64,000 nucleotides of DNA from the NCBI GenBank assembly GCA_964016885.1, contig OZ024760.1, positions 4,836,001-4,900,000 of the forward strand, in the 5' to 3' direction. Under the pieces are notes generated by a model. That model was not told the DNA's origin, ran no database searches, and saw nothing but the letters and a program-made list of their open reading frames with translations. The DNA comes from Eledone cirrhosa. Lineage: Eukaryota. Both the position numbers and the translations under genes were made by a program. Below are positions 1 through 13,850 of the stretch, one piece after another (the first letter of the stretch is position 1; the number at the start of each line of letters is the position of its first letter).

Positions 1-519
1 ATTAAATATTCACTTTGCGCGAATAACATGCTATAACACGTGTGGTTTTTAATTTTTTTTTATTTATGGGAATATTAGACTTGAATTACATGAATTTGCT
101 TTACACGCCGTGTTCACGAACCCATCTTTCTTTAAAAAGTGAACAGACTGTGTATGTGTATATATATATATCATCACCATCATCATCATCATCACCACCA
201 CCATCATCATCATCATTTTAACGTCTATCTTCCACACTAAGATATATATGTAGGTTCCTGAGTTGTATCAGGGAATGGGGATAACCACAGCCGAAAAAGG
301 TACTCAATACTTTGGTAGAGTATAGGCATCTTTATTATATATAGATATGACTTTTACGAATGAAACAGTTTTAGTCTTGGAGAAGTCATTTCTGTGTATA
401 TAAACATGCATATATATTCAAACACACGTTGTTAATCATGCATACGAGGACACATACACACACACACACACACACACTTTAATATATTTATACAAACATA
501 CACATATGTCTGTATAATG

Positions 520-718
520 CAGGAAGCCTGTACATAGTCACTCGACCTGCAAGAAATAGCAGCCAAATCACACCCTACTATCTGTTATCTTATAGGAAGA
601 ACATATTAGCAGTGTACTCACTGAATCACAAAATGATGGGGTGGTCGTGGCTGGAATGCTTCTAATCATAGGACATACTGGTGGAAGGGGTCTGACTCGG
701 GGTTAAACAATAACAACA
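520..718 (+). repeat. Dispersed repeat ending in (AAC)n; relatives ~14140-14205, 23930-24110, 51250-51370, 57238-57325(-)
   Basis: Shared CTGCTAGAAATAGCAGCCAAATC...ACCCTAC and GGGCTGACCxxGGGCTAAACAAC motifs. Confidence 0.6.
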
Positions 719-909
719 TGCATATACAAATTCACACATACACACACATTTAATGTCCATTTAAAATTATTATGAGGATATGTGTGTGTAAACATATAAA
801 TGTATATATGTATACACACACACATGTACAGATATGCACACATGCACACACATGCACACAAGCATACATGCATGTACACACACACACGAATATTCCCAAT
901 GCATTTAGC

Positions 910-2115
910 AGCAACAAAAACAACAACTACAACCCCGAAAACAACAACCACACCACAATAACATCAACAACAACAATATCAACAACAACAGCACTAACAA
1001 CCACCAAAACAACTACTGCCCCAACAACAACAACTAGTGCCACAACAACAACTGCCACAACAACAACACTGCAAAAACAACTAAGCAGCAACAACCACCA
1101 AAACAACAACTACTGCCCCAACAACAACTACTGCCACAACAACAACAAATACTGCAAAAACAACTAAGCAGCAACAACCACCAAAACAACTACCATGAAA
1201 GCAACTAGAACAACAACTAGTGCCACAACAACAACAAACACTGCAAAAACAACTAAGCAGCAACAACCACCAAAACAACAACAACACTAACAACCACCAA
1301 AACAACTACCATGAAAGCAACTAGAACAACAACTAGTGCCACAACAACAACAAACACTGCAAAAACAACTAAGCAGCAACAACCACCAAAACAACAACAA
1401 CTACTGCCCCAACAACAACAACAAATACTGCAAAAACAACTAAGCAGCAACAACCACCAAAACAACTACCATGAAAGCAACTAGAACAACAACTAGTGCC
1501 ACAACAACAACAAACACTGCAAAAACAACTAAGCAGCAACAACCACCAAAACAACAACAACAACAACACTAACAACCACCAAAACAACTACCATGAAAGC
1601 AACTAGAACAACAACTAGTGCCACAACAACAACAAACACTGCAAAAACAACTAAGCAGCAACAACCACCAAAACAACAACAACTACTGCCCCAACAACAA
1701 CAACAAATACTGCAAAAACAACTAAGCAGCAACAACCACCAAAACAACTACCATGAAAGCAACTAGAACAACAACTAGTGCCACAACAACAACAAACACT
1801 GCAAAAACAACTAAGCAGCAACAACCACCAAAACAACAACAACTACTGCCCCAACAACAACTACTGCCACAACAACAACAAATACTGCAAAAACAACTAA
1901 GCAGCAACAACCACCAAAACAACTACCATGAAAGCAACTAGAACAACAACTAGTGCCACAACAACAACAAACACTGCAAAAACAACTAAGCAGCAACAAC
2001 CACCAAAACAACAACAACAACAACACTAACAACCACCAAAACAACTACCATGAAAGCAACTAGAACAACAACTACCACCTCAACTAGAACAACAACAACA
2101 ACCACCACAACAACA
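910..2115. repeat. (AAC)-derived compound minisatellite
   Basis: Recurrent CTGCAAAAACAACTAAGCAGCAACAACCACCAAAAC blocks. Confidence 0.9.
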
Positions 2116-2199
2116 AGGAGACAGCCTTTATCAGTGTTTAGTTTCCAACTTTCCTTATACATAGAACAGCAGTGTGGTTGGTAAAATGTAAGGTGATAG

Positions 2200-2812
2200 C
2201 CATCACCTTCAGCATTATCACCATCATCACCACCACCATCAACATCATTACTACCACCTCCACCACACCATCACCACCACCCTCACCCCACCCTCCATAG
2301 ATATCTTTGGGCTGGCTCTGAAGGAAGTACTCTTAATCTGGATTTATTCATTATCACCATTGCCCCCACACCCACCCTTGTATTGCCTTACCACCACCAC
2401 CACCACCATCTGCCATTACCATTTCCTTAAAAGCAGCTAACATCACCACCACTACTATTACTATATCACACCTGCCACCTTGTTTAGTACCACTATTGTC
2501 CACAATACCACTACAACCATCACTAATACCACTACAACCATCACTAATACCTCTACCATCACCACAACAACCACCACCACCACTATTATCACCATCTCCA
2601 CTGCTATCACAACTACCACCACTATTACCACCACCACTACTATTACCACCATTACCACCCCTATTACCACCACCACCACCACTATTACCATCACCACCAT
2701 TATCACCTCTATTACCACCACCACCACCACCTCTATTACCACCACCACCACTATTACCATCACCACCATTATCACCTCTATTACCACCACCACCACCACT
2801 AATACCACAAAC
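2200..2812. repeat. (ACC/ATT/ATC) trinucleotide tract; similar at ~14280-14880, 24270-24470, 34100-34560, 34700-35160
   Basis: Direct reading. Confidence 0.9.
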
Positions 2813-3049
2813 ATCACTTTTTCCATAGTTTTGGTATGTTTTTTTTTCTTGGCTGGATGCTGTTCCTGTCACCAACATGTTTACAGCATTAACTGGGGGC
2901 ATTTTATTGTGCAACCAGCACTAGAGAGGTCTGTCAGGACTTATGAGTCCCCAGTATATTGTTCTCTTAGACTGGTTACCTTCTCTACAGCTTATGAAGT
3001 TCTTGTTTGTCCCATGTAGTTTTTATTTGGAGCAGTTTCTGCTCTCCTA

Positions 3050-4105
3050 GGGCAGCGAATTGGTAGAGATGTTAGAATGTTGGATAGAATGCTTTGCAGC
3101 ATTCATTTTGGCTCTCTGATTTCAAATCCCACTGAGGTCAACTTTGCCGTTCATCCATTCGAGATTGATAAAAAAAGAACTTCCCCAGGTTTTTAAAATG
3201 CACTAGAAATGCTGTATGTCAATACAGTGCCCTCATGACTGCCCCAGGAGTAACAAGTCCATACATAGTGTTCTCCTAGATGGGTTGCCTGCTAGAATAA
3301 CAGCTAAATGTCCCACAAACCACACTAAAGCTAAAAAACAACAACAGCAGTAGCCATTATTAAGTAGGTGTAGGGCAGTGGATTGGCAATATCGGTAGAG
3401 TGTCGGACAACATGCTTTGTGGCATAGAGTTACAGCCTTTTACATTCTGAGTTCAAATCCCGCTGAGGCTAGCTTCGCCTTTCATCATTACAGGGTCGAT
3501 AAAATAAACACCGGTAATGTACTGGGGTTGATTTAATTGACTTACACCTCTGTTGAATTGTTGGTCTTCTTCCTAAATTAGGGTGGTGGATTGGTGGTAT
3601 TGGTAAAGGGTCAGGCAACATGCTTTTATGCTCTAAGTTCAAATCCCACCGTGGTTAGCTTTACCTTTCATCCTTATATGGTCAATAAAATACAGTACCA
3701 GTAATACACTGGGGTCAATTTCATCGACTTTACACCTTCCCTTCAAATTGCTGGCCTTGTACCTAAATCAGAAACCATTATTTGACAGAAATGGTAGAGC
3801 GTCGGACACTCTGCTTTGTAACAGAGTTACGGCCCTTTACGTTCTGAGATCAAATTCCGCCGAGGTTAACTTTGCCTTTCATCCTTACGGGGTCGATAAA
3901 ATAAAGTACCAGTAATACACAGGGGTTGATTTAATCGACTTTCCTCTCTTCCCTTCTAATTGCTAAAATCATTATTAAGTAGGTTATCTTTGACTGTCAT
4001 CCCTACGGGGTCGATAAAATAAAGTACCAGCAATGCACCGGGGTCAATTTAATCAACATTCCCTTCTAATTGCTGGCCTTGTACTTGAATTAGAAGCCAT
4101 TATTT
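3050..4105 (+). mobile_element. Tandem cluster of ~5 tRNA-derived SINEs. Same family also at ~15120-15313(-), 22555-22675, 23172-23510, 28940-29090, 29525-29685(-), 33738-33922(-), 37885-38070(-), 40447-40633, 52130-52265(-), 52526-52838, 58125-58235, 59100-59240, 63312-63630
   Basis: GAGTTCAAATCC B box followed by conserved TTTGCCTTTCATCCTTACGGGGTCGATAAAATAAAGTACCAG domain (MetaSINE-like, from recollection). Confidence 0.85.
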
Positions 4106-4364
4106 AGTAGGTGTTGAAATTATGACCACGTGATGTTTATTACTTGGCTGTCCTGAAATTTGGGAATAGAAGAACATGTGGTTTTGATATGTGAAGACAG
4201 CAGGGAGTTCATAAGATCCAGTTGTTAGCGGTTGCATGTGTATTAGGTCAAATTCCCACGCTGGTGCAGTCTTTCTAAAAACAGCACCAAAAACTAGCAA
4301 GCTAAATGGCAGGCCGAATATCCCTTTCATATCTATATGTCTTTGTGTATGTTTGACTTTGTGT

Positions 4365-4485
4365 GTGTATAAATATATATATATGTATTTATTTATTTAT
4401 ATATATATATATACATATATATATACGTATATATATATATATATAAATATATATATATTTATTTATATATATATAAATATATATA

Positions 4486-4528
<43 letters not shown>

Positions 4529-4549
4529 TTATATATATATTTATTTATA

Positions 4550-4611
<62 letters not shown>

Positions 4612-4682
4612 TATACATATATATGTGTTATCTCTATATATGTATATATATATATATATGTATATATATATGTATATATATG

Positions 4683-4719
<37 letters not shown>

Positions 4720-4758
4720 GTATATATATATATGTATATATATGTATATATATATATG

Positions 4759-4813
<55 letters not shown>

Positions 4814-4934
4814 GTATATATATATATGTATATATATATATGTATATATATATATGTATATATATATATGTATATATATATATGTATATATGTATATATA
4901 TATATGTATATGTATATATATATATGTATATATA

Positions 4935-4982
<48 letters not shown>

Positions 4983-5213
4983 TATATACATATATATATA
5001 TACATATATATATATATACATATATATATGTATATATATATATGTATATATATATATGTATATATATATGTGTATATATATATGTATATATATATATGTA
5101 TATATATATATGTATATATATATATGTATATATATGTATATATATATATGTATATATGTATATATATATATGTATATATATATGTATATATATATATGTA
5201 TATATATATGTAT

Positions 5214-5245
<32 letters not shown>

Positions 5246-5249
5246 GTAT

Positions 5250-5281
<32 letters not shown>

Positions 5282-5285
5282 GTAT
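4365..5285. repeat. (TA)n/(TATG)n microsatellite. Similar long tracts at ~5590-5815, 6480-6924, 7541-8300, 11140-11560, 19800-20567, 41365-43147, 44160-44862, 50672-50957, 51512-52130
   Basis: Direct reading. Confidence 0.97.
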
Positions 5286-5589
5286 ATCATCATCATCCAT
5301 CATTTTACGTCCGCTTTTCCCTGCTTGCAAGGGTGGGACGGGAACTGATTCTGGCTTTATTTCTACAGCTGGATGCCCTTCCTAACACCAACCTCATTTA
5401 CAGTGAGTGCTGGGTGCTTTTTGTCGTGGCACCTCCATGACCACTTTGCATTTCTACAGCTGAGTAAACTGGAGCAATGTGAAATAAAGTGTCTTGCTCA
5501 AGGAAACAACACATCACCCGGTCTGAGAATTGAACTCACAACCTTTCGATTGCAAGCCCAATGCTCTAACCACTAAGCCATGTGCCTCC

Positions 5590-5590
<1 letters not shown>
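5286..5590 (-). mobile_element. tRNA-derived SINE with RTE-derived tail
   Basis: Reverse-complement match to 10808-11140. Confidence 0.85.
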
Positions 5591-5636
<46 letters not shown>

Positions 5637-5698
5637 TGTGTGTATATATATATGTGCATATATATATATGCATATTTATATATATGTATATATATATG

Positions 5699-5729
<31 letters not shown>

Positions 5730-5764
5730 GTGTGTATATATATGTATATATGTATATATATGTA

Positions 5765-5809
<45 letters not shown>

Positions 5810-5815
5810 GTATAT

Positions 5816-6477
5816 AATTAAGTTAAAAGTGTACATCCACATATGTATACTGAAATACTAGTATGCATATAAATACACACACGTATACATATGTACATGT
5901 ACCGAGTTTTTCACTGGACACTTTACTGTGAGTGTCCAGCTAGTCTGTATGTAACCAAACAGACAAACCGGGTTTTAGAGTCATACAGGATTTCAAGGAA
6001 ACACCTTTCCTCTATTCTCCAGAGAGCCAGACAGGAATATTGGACTAGTTTCGATGTTATTACATCTCATCAGCAATATATACCCATCTTCCGGCTTCTC
6101 TAGAGAATCGTAAAAGCACATATCGTTATATGCTTTTTCTATGAAAATTAGTAGTGGGCAGACTAATTTGCATAGAACGTGAGTTGTACGCACCGGTTCT
6201 CTGGAGAATAGAGGAAAGGTGTTTCCTTGAAAACCCGTATGACTCAAAAACCCGGTTTGTCTGTTTGGTTACATACAGACTAGCTGGACACTCACAGTAA
6301 AGTGTCCAGTGAAAAACTTGGTACATGTACATATGTATACGTGTGTGTATTTATATGCATACTAGTATTTCAGTATACATATGTGGATGTACACTTTTAA
6401 CTTAATTGTTTAAGCGTCAGTCATACAAAAGTGAGTTACAAACGAAACGAAATTTAATTTTGTTTCGTTATTTGTTT

Positions 6478-6480
<3 letters not shown>
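5816..6480. repeat. ~210-bp inverted repeat (5816-6028 / 6195-6407) with hammerhead in spacer; Penelope-like remnant
   Basis: Arms nearly identical; flanked by (TA)n tracts. Confidence 0.85.
6037..6079 (-). ncRNA. Minimal type-I hammerhead ribozyme
   Basis: atattg CTGATGA gatgt-aata-acatc GAAA ctag TC caatat: full core, stems I and II paired, palindromic stem III. Confidence 0.85.
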
Positions 6481-6511
<31 letters not shown>

Positions 6512-6744
6512 TTTTCTCTCTATTTTTCTCTATATTTTAATACATATATATATATATATGTATATATATATGTATATATATGTATATATATGTATATGTA
6601 TATATATGTATATATATATATATGTATATATATATATGTATATATATGTATATATATATATGTATATATATATGTATATATATATATGTATATATATATA
6701 TGTATATATATATATGTATATATATATATGTATATATATATATG

Positions 6745-6775
<31 letters not shown>

Positions 6776-6924
6776 GTATATATATATGTATATATATATA
6801 TGTATATATATGTATATATATATATGTATGTATATATATGTATATATATATATGTATATATATGTATATATGTATATATATGTATATATGTATATATATG
6901 TATATATATATATATATATACATA

Positions 6925-7540
6925 TCAGGTCACCAGTTGGTGCTACTGGTAACATGTATCCCAGTACAACTTGTCCCATGGTCGGGTCGTTGGCGACTAA
7001 ACTGGCAACCCCGCCAAGGTTTCTTGGTGAGGAGGGTGACTTTGGACATCCTGCAGGACTAAAAACAAAACCTGTCAAAGGGCAAAGGAACTCTTAAGAG
7101 TCAATGGCCATCCAAAATCACTGGGAGAGATGACCCCTTAGCCTTTGTCAAGGCAGAATTCTAGGAGGAAAACTAGAAGGAAAACTCTGATATAACACCT
7201 GCAACCCTGATGGTATCCAATGATGTTGACTTGTTCTTCTTTTTGGTAAATATCATCTTGGTTAAGAGAGTGGGACTGGCTTTGTGCAGTGCCTTTGCTC
7301 ACTATAAAAGCTTCACGGCACAGGCATTGCTTTGTATCTGGAGATCTCTCTGCACTTGTCATCACAGGGTACCATGGGCCCAGCACTATGTGTCAGTAAT
7401 TGTCACAAGTGTAGTGTTTGTACCAAAGTTTTCAAGTCGCTGGCTGGACTAAAAAGTCACACTCGTTCAGCGCATCAGTAGGGGTTCTCCTACATGGATA
7501 TAAAGTAGTGGCCGTACTCGAAAACGAGTTGGCAGCCACC
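6925..7540 (+). mobile_element. ~610-bp non-coding dispersed element, copy 1
   Basis: End-to-end match to 43553-44159; both copies sit in (TA)n tracts; terminal hairpins. Confidence 0.85.
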
Positions 7541-7583
7541 ATATATATATATATGTATATATATGTATATATGTATATATATG

Positions 7584-7618
<35 letters not shown>

Positions 7619-7761
7619 GTATATATATGTATATATGTATATATATATATGTATATATATATGTATATATATGTATATATGTATATATATATATGTATAT
7701 ATATATATGTATATATATATATGTATATATATGTATATATGTATATGTATATATATATATG

Positions 7762-7876
<115 letters not shown>

Positions 7877-7882
7877 GTATAT

Positions 7883-8057
<175 letters not shown>

Positions 8058-8300
8058 AATATATAACTTTGAATAACTTTGAAATGTTTTGGCCAGTATT
8101 GGCCCAGGCCATGTCTAACTTAATAGCACCACCTGGTATTATGTATGTATGTATATATGTATTTATTTATATATATATGTATATATATATATATATAAAT
8201 ATATATATGTATTTATTTATATATATATGTATATATATATATATATAAATATATATGTATATGTATTTATTTATAATAATATATATATGTATTTATATAT

Positions 8301-10714
8301 GAAAGTTCAAGCATGTTCTACAACGCGAGGACCAAAAACGTGAGGTGTTCAGGATTGCTAGGCAATGTGTCAAGGAAAACTGATATTGTTGGGGAGAAGT
8401 GTGTACTAAATGATGATGGCGTACTCGCCATCACCGACGCTGATAAGAAGGTCGCTTGGAAGTGTCACTACGAGAGGCTACTAAATGAGGAGAATAAATG
8501 GGAGAAGGATAGTCTCCCCCAGATCGATCCAATAGAGGGACCAGCAGTGTTAGTTGAAGGTAGTATAATAAGTAAGGCAATCAAAGATATGAAGACGGGT
8601 AAGGCGGCTGGGCCTTCGGAAATAGTTGCTGAGATGCTGAAGGCCTCTGGAATGGTGGAACACACCATGGTCACCCGGATAGTAAACCAAGTCATACAGA
8701 ATGGGGTTGTTCCGAAGGACTGGCGTAGCAGCATCATCATTAACTGTTACAAGGGTAAAGGAGACGCCCTAGATAGGAGTAACTATAGAGGGATTAAATT
8801 AATCGACCAGGTCATGAAGGTCACGGAAAAAGTAATAGTGCAACTAATCAGAGAGAGAATCGATCTAGATGAAATGCAGTTCGGGTTTGTGTCAGGCAAA
8901 AGTACCACAGACGCTCTTTTCATTGTACGACAACTACAGGAGAAGTACCTAGCTAAAAGTAAACCTATACTTAGCCTTTGTCGACTTGGAGAAAGCCTTC
9001 GACAGAGTCCCCCGTTCCATTATCTGGTGGGCTCTTAGAAAACTAGGTGTTGCCGAATGGCTTGTGAGAGCTATACAAGCCATGTATAAAGAAACAGTGA
9101 GCAAGGTTAGAATTAACAACGAATATAGTGAAGAGTTTAGCGTAAAAGTTGGTGTCCATCAGGGCTCTGTTCTTAGCCCCCTACTATTCATTATTGCTCT
9201 TCAGGCTATAACAGAGGAGTTCAAGACCGGCTGCCCATGGGAACTCCTATACGCAGATGACCTAACGCTCATAGCTGAATCAATGGCCGAGCTAGAGAAG
9301 AAATTCCAGACATGGAAGCACGGCCTAGAATCAAAAGGCCTTAAAATTAACATGGCTAAGACTAAAGTTCTAGTTTGTAGGAAAGAAAATAAGGCGCCGG
9401 TCGCATCTGGGAAATGGCCATGCTCAGTGTGTAGGAAAGGCGCAGGTAGAAACTCCATTTTATGTCCCAAATGCAAAGTATGGGTGCATAAAAGATGTAG
9501 TGGGATCACAGGTAAGCTAACTAAGAACACAGATTTTACATGTGGCCGGTGCTCTGGTGCAATAAGTAGCAGCAAGTGCCCACAAAATACTAGCTCTTTC
9601 AACTGCGCAGAGGGTTCTATAGAAATAGTGGACAGCTTCCGTTACCTGGGTGACAAAATCAGCAGTGGGGGAGGGTGCTCCAAAAGTACAGTAGCTAGAG
9701 TCAGAACTGGATGGAAAAAGTTCAGAGAGCTTATACCACTATTAGCCGCTAAAGGGTTCTCCCTAAAAATGAAAGGCAGGTTGTATGATGCCTGCATACG
9801 AACAGCAATGTTACATGGCAGTGAGACCTGGGCATTGTGTGCAGAGGATATACGCAGACTAGAGAGGAACGAAGCTTGCATGCTCCGCTGGATGTGTAAT
9901 AGTAATATACGCGAACGGCAAAGCATAAACGAACTAAGGAAAAAATTAGAAATAAGAGGGATCAGATGTTGTTTACTCGAGAGAAGGCTACGTTGGTATG
10001 GTCACGTGATGCGCATGAAAGACGACAGCTGTATAGCAAAGTGCAGGGCAATAAAGATAGACGGTAGCCACGGAGTAGGCAGACTCAGAAAAACCTGGAA
10101 CGAGCTGATAAATTCCGACCTCACACACTTACACCTCTCCAAGACAATGTCACTGGACCGAGAGCTTTGGCGGTACTCAGTAATAGAGAAGACCCGCCTT
10201 ACCTAAATACAAAGTAAAACCTACCACAGTCAGTAGGCATCTCTAACAAAATACACCCCCGTCCCACCACCCCCACCCCATCCACACTGCCCCTTTCAAT
10301 GTAAAGTTATGTTGGTGCCACAAAATCCAGGCCGAAACAAATGAGATCGTGTAGGTGTCACGACAAAAAAACACACAGTCCACGCTGTAATGTGACCGTG
10401 TAGGCAACACGGTAAAAACCTCCCAGTCCCTCACTGTAAATGTGGTTGGTGTTAGGAAGGGCATCCAGCTGTAGAAAACCCGCCAGACAGTCCATGCTGT
10501 AATGTGGCCGTGTAGGCAACACGGTAAAAACCTCCCAGCCCCACACTGTAAATGTGGTTGGTGTTAGGAAGGGCATCCAACTGTTGAAAACCCGCCAGAC
10601 ACTCCTATGCGAGCAAGACAACCACTCTTGCCTCAAGTGGGAAAACTCCCGTCCAAACTCATGCAAGCGTGGAACACGGACGTTAAACGATGATGATGAT
10701 GATGATGATGATGA
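8301..10714 (+). mobile_element. 5'-truncated RTE LINE (copy A), frameshifted near 8970
   Basis: ORFs 8313-9038 and 8986-10206 give RT motifs; 3' UTR with internal duplication and (TGA)n tail; ~50-bp similar flanks at ~8247-8300 and ~10714-10770 resemble a TSD. Confidence 0.93.
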
Positions 10715-10807
10715 AATATATATGTATATGTATTTATTTATATAAATATATATATGTATTTATTTATATATATATATATATATATGTATATGTATATACA
10801 TATATAT

Positions 10808-11140
10808 GGAGGCACATGGCTTAGTGATTAGAGCATTGGCCTTGCAATCGAAAGGTTGTGAGTTCAATTCTCAGACCGGGCGATGTGTTGTTTCCTTGAG
10901 CAAGACACTTTATTTCACATTGCTCCAGTTTACTCAGCTGTAGAAATGAGATGATAGGGACTGGGTTCCCTATCATTCCACTGCAAAGTGGACGTGTAGG
11001 CGCCACGGCAAAAATGCACCCAGCACTCATTGTAAAGGAGGTTGGTGTTAGGAAGGGCATCCAACTGTCGAAATCAAGCCAGAATCAGTTCCCGTCCCAC
11101 CCTTGCAAGCAGGGAAAAGCGGACATAAAATGAAATGATG
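10808..11140 (+). mobile_element. tRNA-derived SINE with RTE-derived tail; inverted copy at 5286-5590, partial heads at ~26077-26190 and 27770-27885
   Basis: Pol III A box (TGGCTTAGTGATTAG) and B box (GAGTTCAATTC), TTGAGCAAGACAC core, tail matching local RTE 3' ends, (TGA)n. Confidence 0.85.
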
Positions 11141-11204
11141 ATATATATATGTATATATATATATATGTATATACATATATAGATATATGTATATATATAT
11201 ACAC

Positions 11205-11282
<78 letters not shown>

Positions 11283-11338
11283 GTATATATATATTTATAT
11301 ATATATATATATATATATACATATGTATATATATATAC

Positions 11339-11428
<90 letters not shown>

Positions 11429-11448
11429 GTATATATATATATATATAC

Positions 11449-11527
<79 letters not shown>

Positions 11528-11882
11528 TGTATATACATATATTTATATATATGTGTGTGTGTGTATCTATAGTAACAAGTTATTCATCAACAGTCAGGAT
11601 TTTAAATATAAATTATGTAAGTCATTTACCAGCAAATGAGAACAGGTCCTCCCATGAGACTTGAACCACATATTGCTTGGATGCCAGATGAACACACATT
11701 AGTGAGTGCTAGATTGGCACTCTTAAATGTCTTACATATTTTGTGATTATATATATATATATACAGTGAATTTTTTAAAATTTATTTTAAAGCTTTTTCT
11801 TATTTGCTAAACCTTGATTATATATATATATATATAGTGACGAAACATAAGTCAATTACATGAACTCATAATCCTTTATTTT

Positions 11883-11936
11883 CTGCTATATATATTTCGA
11901 TGATAGCCATTGAATGACTATGACCTCATCAGGCAG
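11883..11936 (-). ncRNA. Minimal type-I hammerhead ribozyme in element ~11837-12188
   Basis: ctgc CTGATGA [stem II] GAAA tatata TA gcag. Confidence 0.75.
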
Positions 11937-12212
11937 TTAGTCAGTTCTTAGATATGCCAGCTCTATGTTTATAGTGTTGATGGTTTCAGAGCCTTGGGAC
12001 ATATGAGCTTGTTAGGAATAATTTAATGTTGTCAGCAGGAATAGTCTTAATTCTCATTGGTCAGTTTGTAGATGCTAGTTGGGTTGGTATTTGACCTCAA
12101 AGAGGCAGGTGGTGTTGTAAAGTTCAAACCATCAGGCAAGATGACAATAGTTCCATATGACAGATTTTCACAAAAAGCATTCCTGGTCATATATATATAT
12201 ATATATATATAT

Positions 12213-13084
12213 ATACATTAAAATATGTGATAAACACAAAACGTGTTTGCATTGTAACAGACAAAGTTAGCTATTAATGAAATAAACTAATTAAAGTGAA
12301 TACAATTTGTCTGTCTCGATATAAGTCAATAAAGACAAGCTTATATTGGCAATGGCCATGGTTCCTGGACATATTTAAATTTCAAAATCCAAACCTGTTC
12401 CGTAGATGAATTTGAACCTCGTTTTGTGTTTATCACATATTTTAATGTATTTAACTGCTCGGAAATGCCCCTTTTCTTGGAGCTGGATTATTGTAAACGA
12501 CTGAGAGTTTATTCTCAAAATATAATATAGTATATTGCTCCTTAACTGTAGAGCTGATCTTTAATCCCGCACAAACGGCTGTTATTTCTAGCACCGGGAA
12601 TGCGGGACGGCTAATTTGGCCTGGCTGCACGCGTGTAGTCAGACCTGCTAAATTTTTGATGTGAAATATACTAATTTTACTGGGTTCCTGTTGATAAGCA
12701 CAGAAGATTTGGATATTTCACTTTTTATTTCAATTCCATTTCGATTCTCTTTATTTTTCAATTCACGTACCACCGTTGCGAAACGTATTTGGGTTTCGAG
12801 GTTCAAATTCATCTACGGAACAGGTTTGGATTTTGAAATTTAAATATGTCCAGGAACCATGGCCATTGCCAATATAAGCTTGTCTTTATTGACTTATATC
12901 GAGACAGACAAATTGTATTCACTTTAATTAGTTTATTTCATTAATAGCTAACTTTGTCTGTTACAATGCAAACACGTTTTGTGTTTATCACATATTTTAA
13001 TGTATTTAACTGCTCGGAAATGCCCCTTTTCTTGGAGCTGGATTATTGTAAACGACTGAGAGTTTATTCTCAAAATATAATATA

Positions 13085-13090
<6 letters not shown>
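12213..13090. repeat. Nested inverted (~12213-12421 / 12797-13004) and direct (~12421-12535 / 12976-13090) duplication
   Basis: Direct reading of both strands; flanked by (TA)n. Confidence 0.85.
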
Positions 13091-13139
<49 letters not shown>

Positions 13140-13141
13140 TA

Positions 13142-13850
13142 TAACAAAGAGGGTGTGGTAAGATACCAGGTGGACCATAACACACCAGAATACTTAATAC
13201 TTAGGGTAGTAGAGTGGGTATTATTTATTTGTCACAAGCTGGTTGTTTGTTCTATCTGTGTGTGTCTGATGTTTTCTTAGTTTGGTTTTTGTGTGTCTCT
13301 GTATGTCTTCATTTTGTCCTTAATTACTAGTTGTGATGTTGCTATTCCACTCATGTTTTCTGTTTAATTTTGGTTGGAGTTTGTTTATATTTGTTGCCTC
13401 TGTGATTTGCCTGAGCATTGCATCTTTTCTGTGTGTGGATATAATTTTTATCTCTATGTTCTCTAATATGCCCCTATGTTCTATTTTGGCATGTTGGTGG
13501 AGTACTGATGAGTTTTTTCTCATCCTGGAGTTCTTGCCAGTGTTTCATCTATGTATGTTATATTCTTATTTCTACACTGTCCCTCAATACATCTTATGCT
13601 ATATACTACGTTCCTAGTTTTGCAAATTAGAGAACATAGAGATAAAAAACAAACTCCAACCAAAATTAAACAGAAAACATGAGTGGAATAGCCACATCAC
13701 AACTAGTAATTAAGGACAAGATGAAGATATACTCACACACACAAAAACCAAACTAACAAAACAAATCAGACACACACAGATAGAACAAACAACCAACTAG
13801 CGACAAAGAAATAAACACATAAATAAATAAATAAAAACACACACACACAC
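13142..13850 (-). mobile_element. Penelope-like element 3' remnant with partial inverted copy
   Basis: ORF 13320-13523 (SVLHQHAKIEH...RQITEATNINKLQPKLNRKHEW) resembles a GIY-YIG endonuclease C-terminus; ~13625-13815 is a deleted reverse complement. Confidence 0.75.

Noticed and set aside
10808-10880. tRNA gene
   Set aside because: A/B boxes belong to a SINE head; no complete cloverleaf, and it is followed by SINE core and tail
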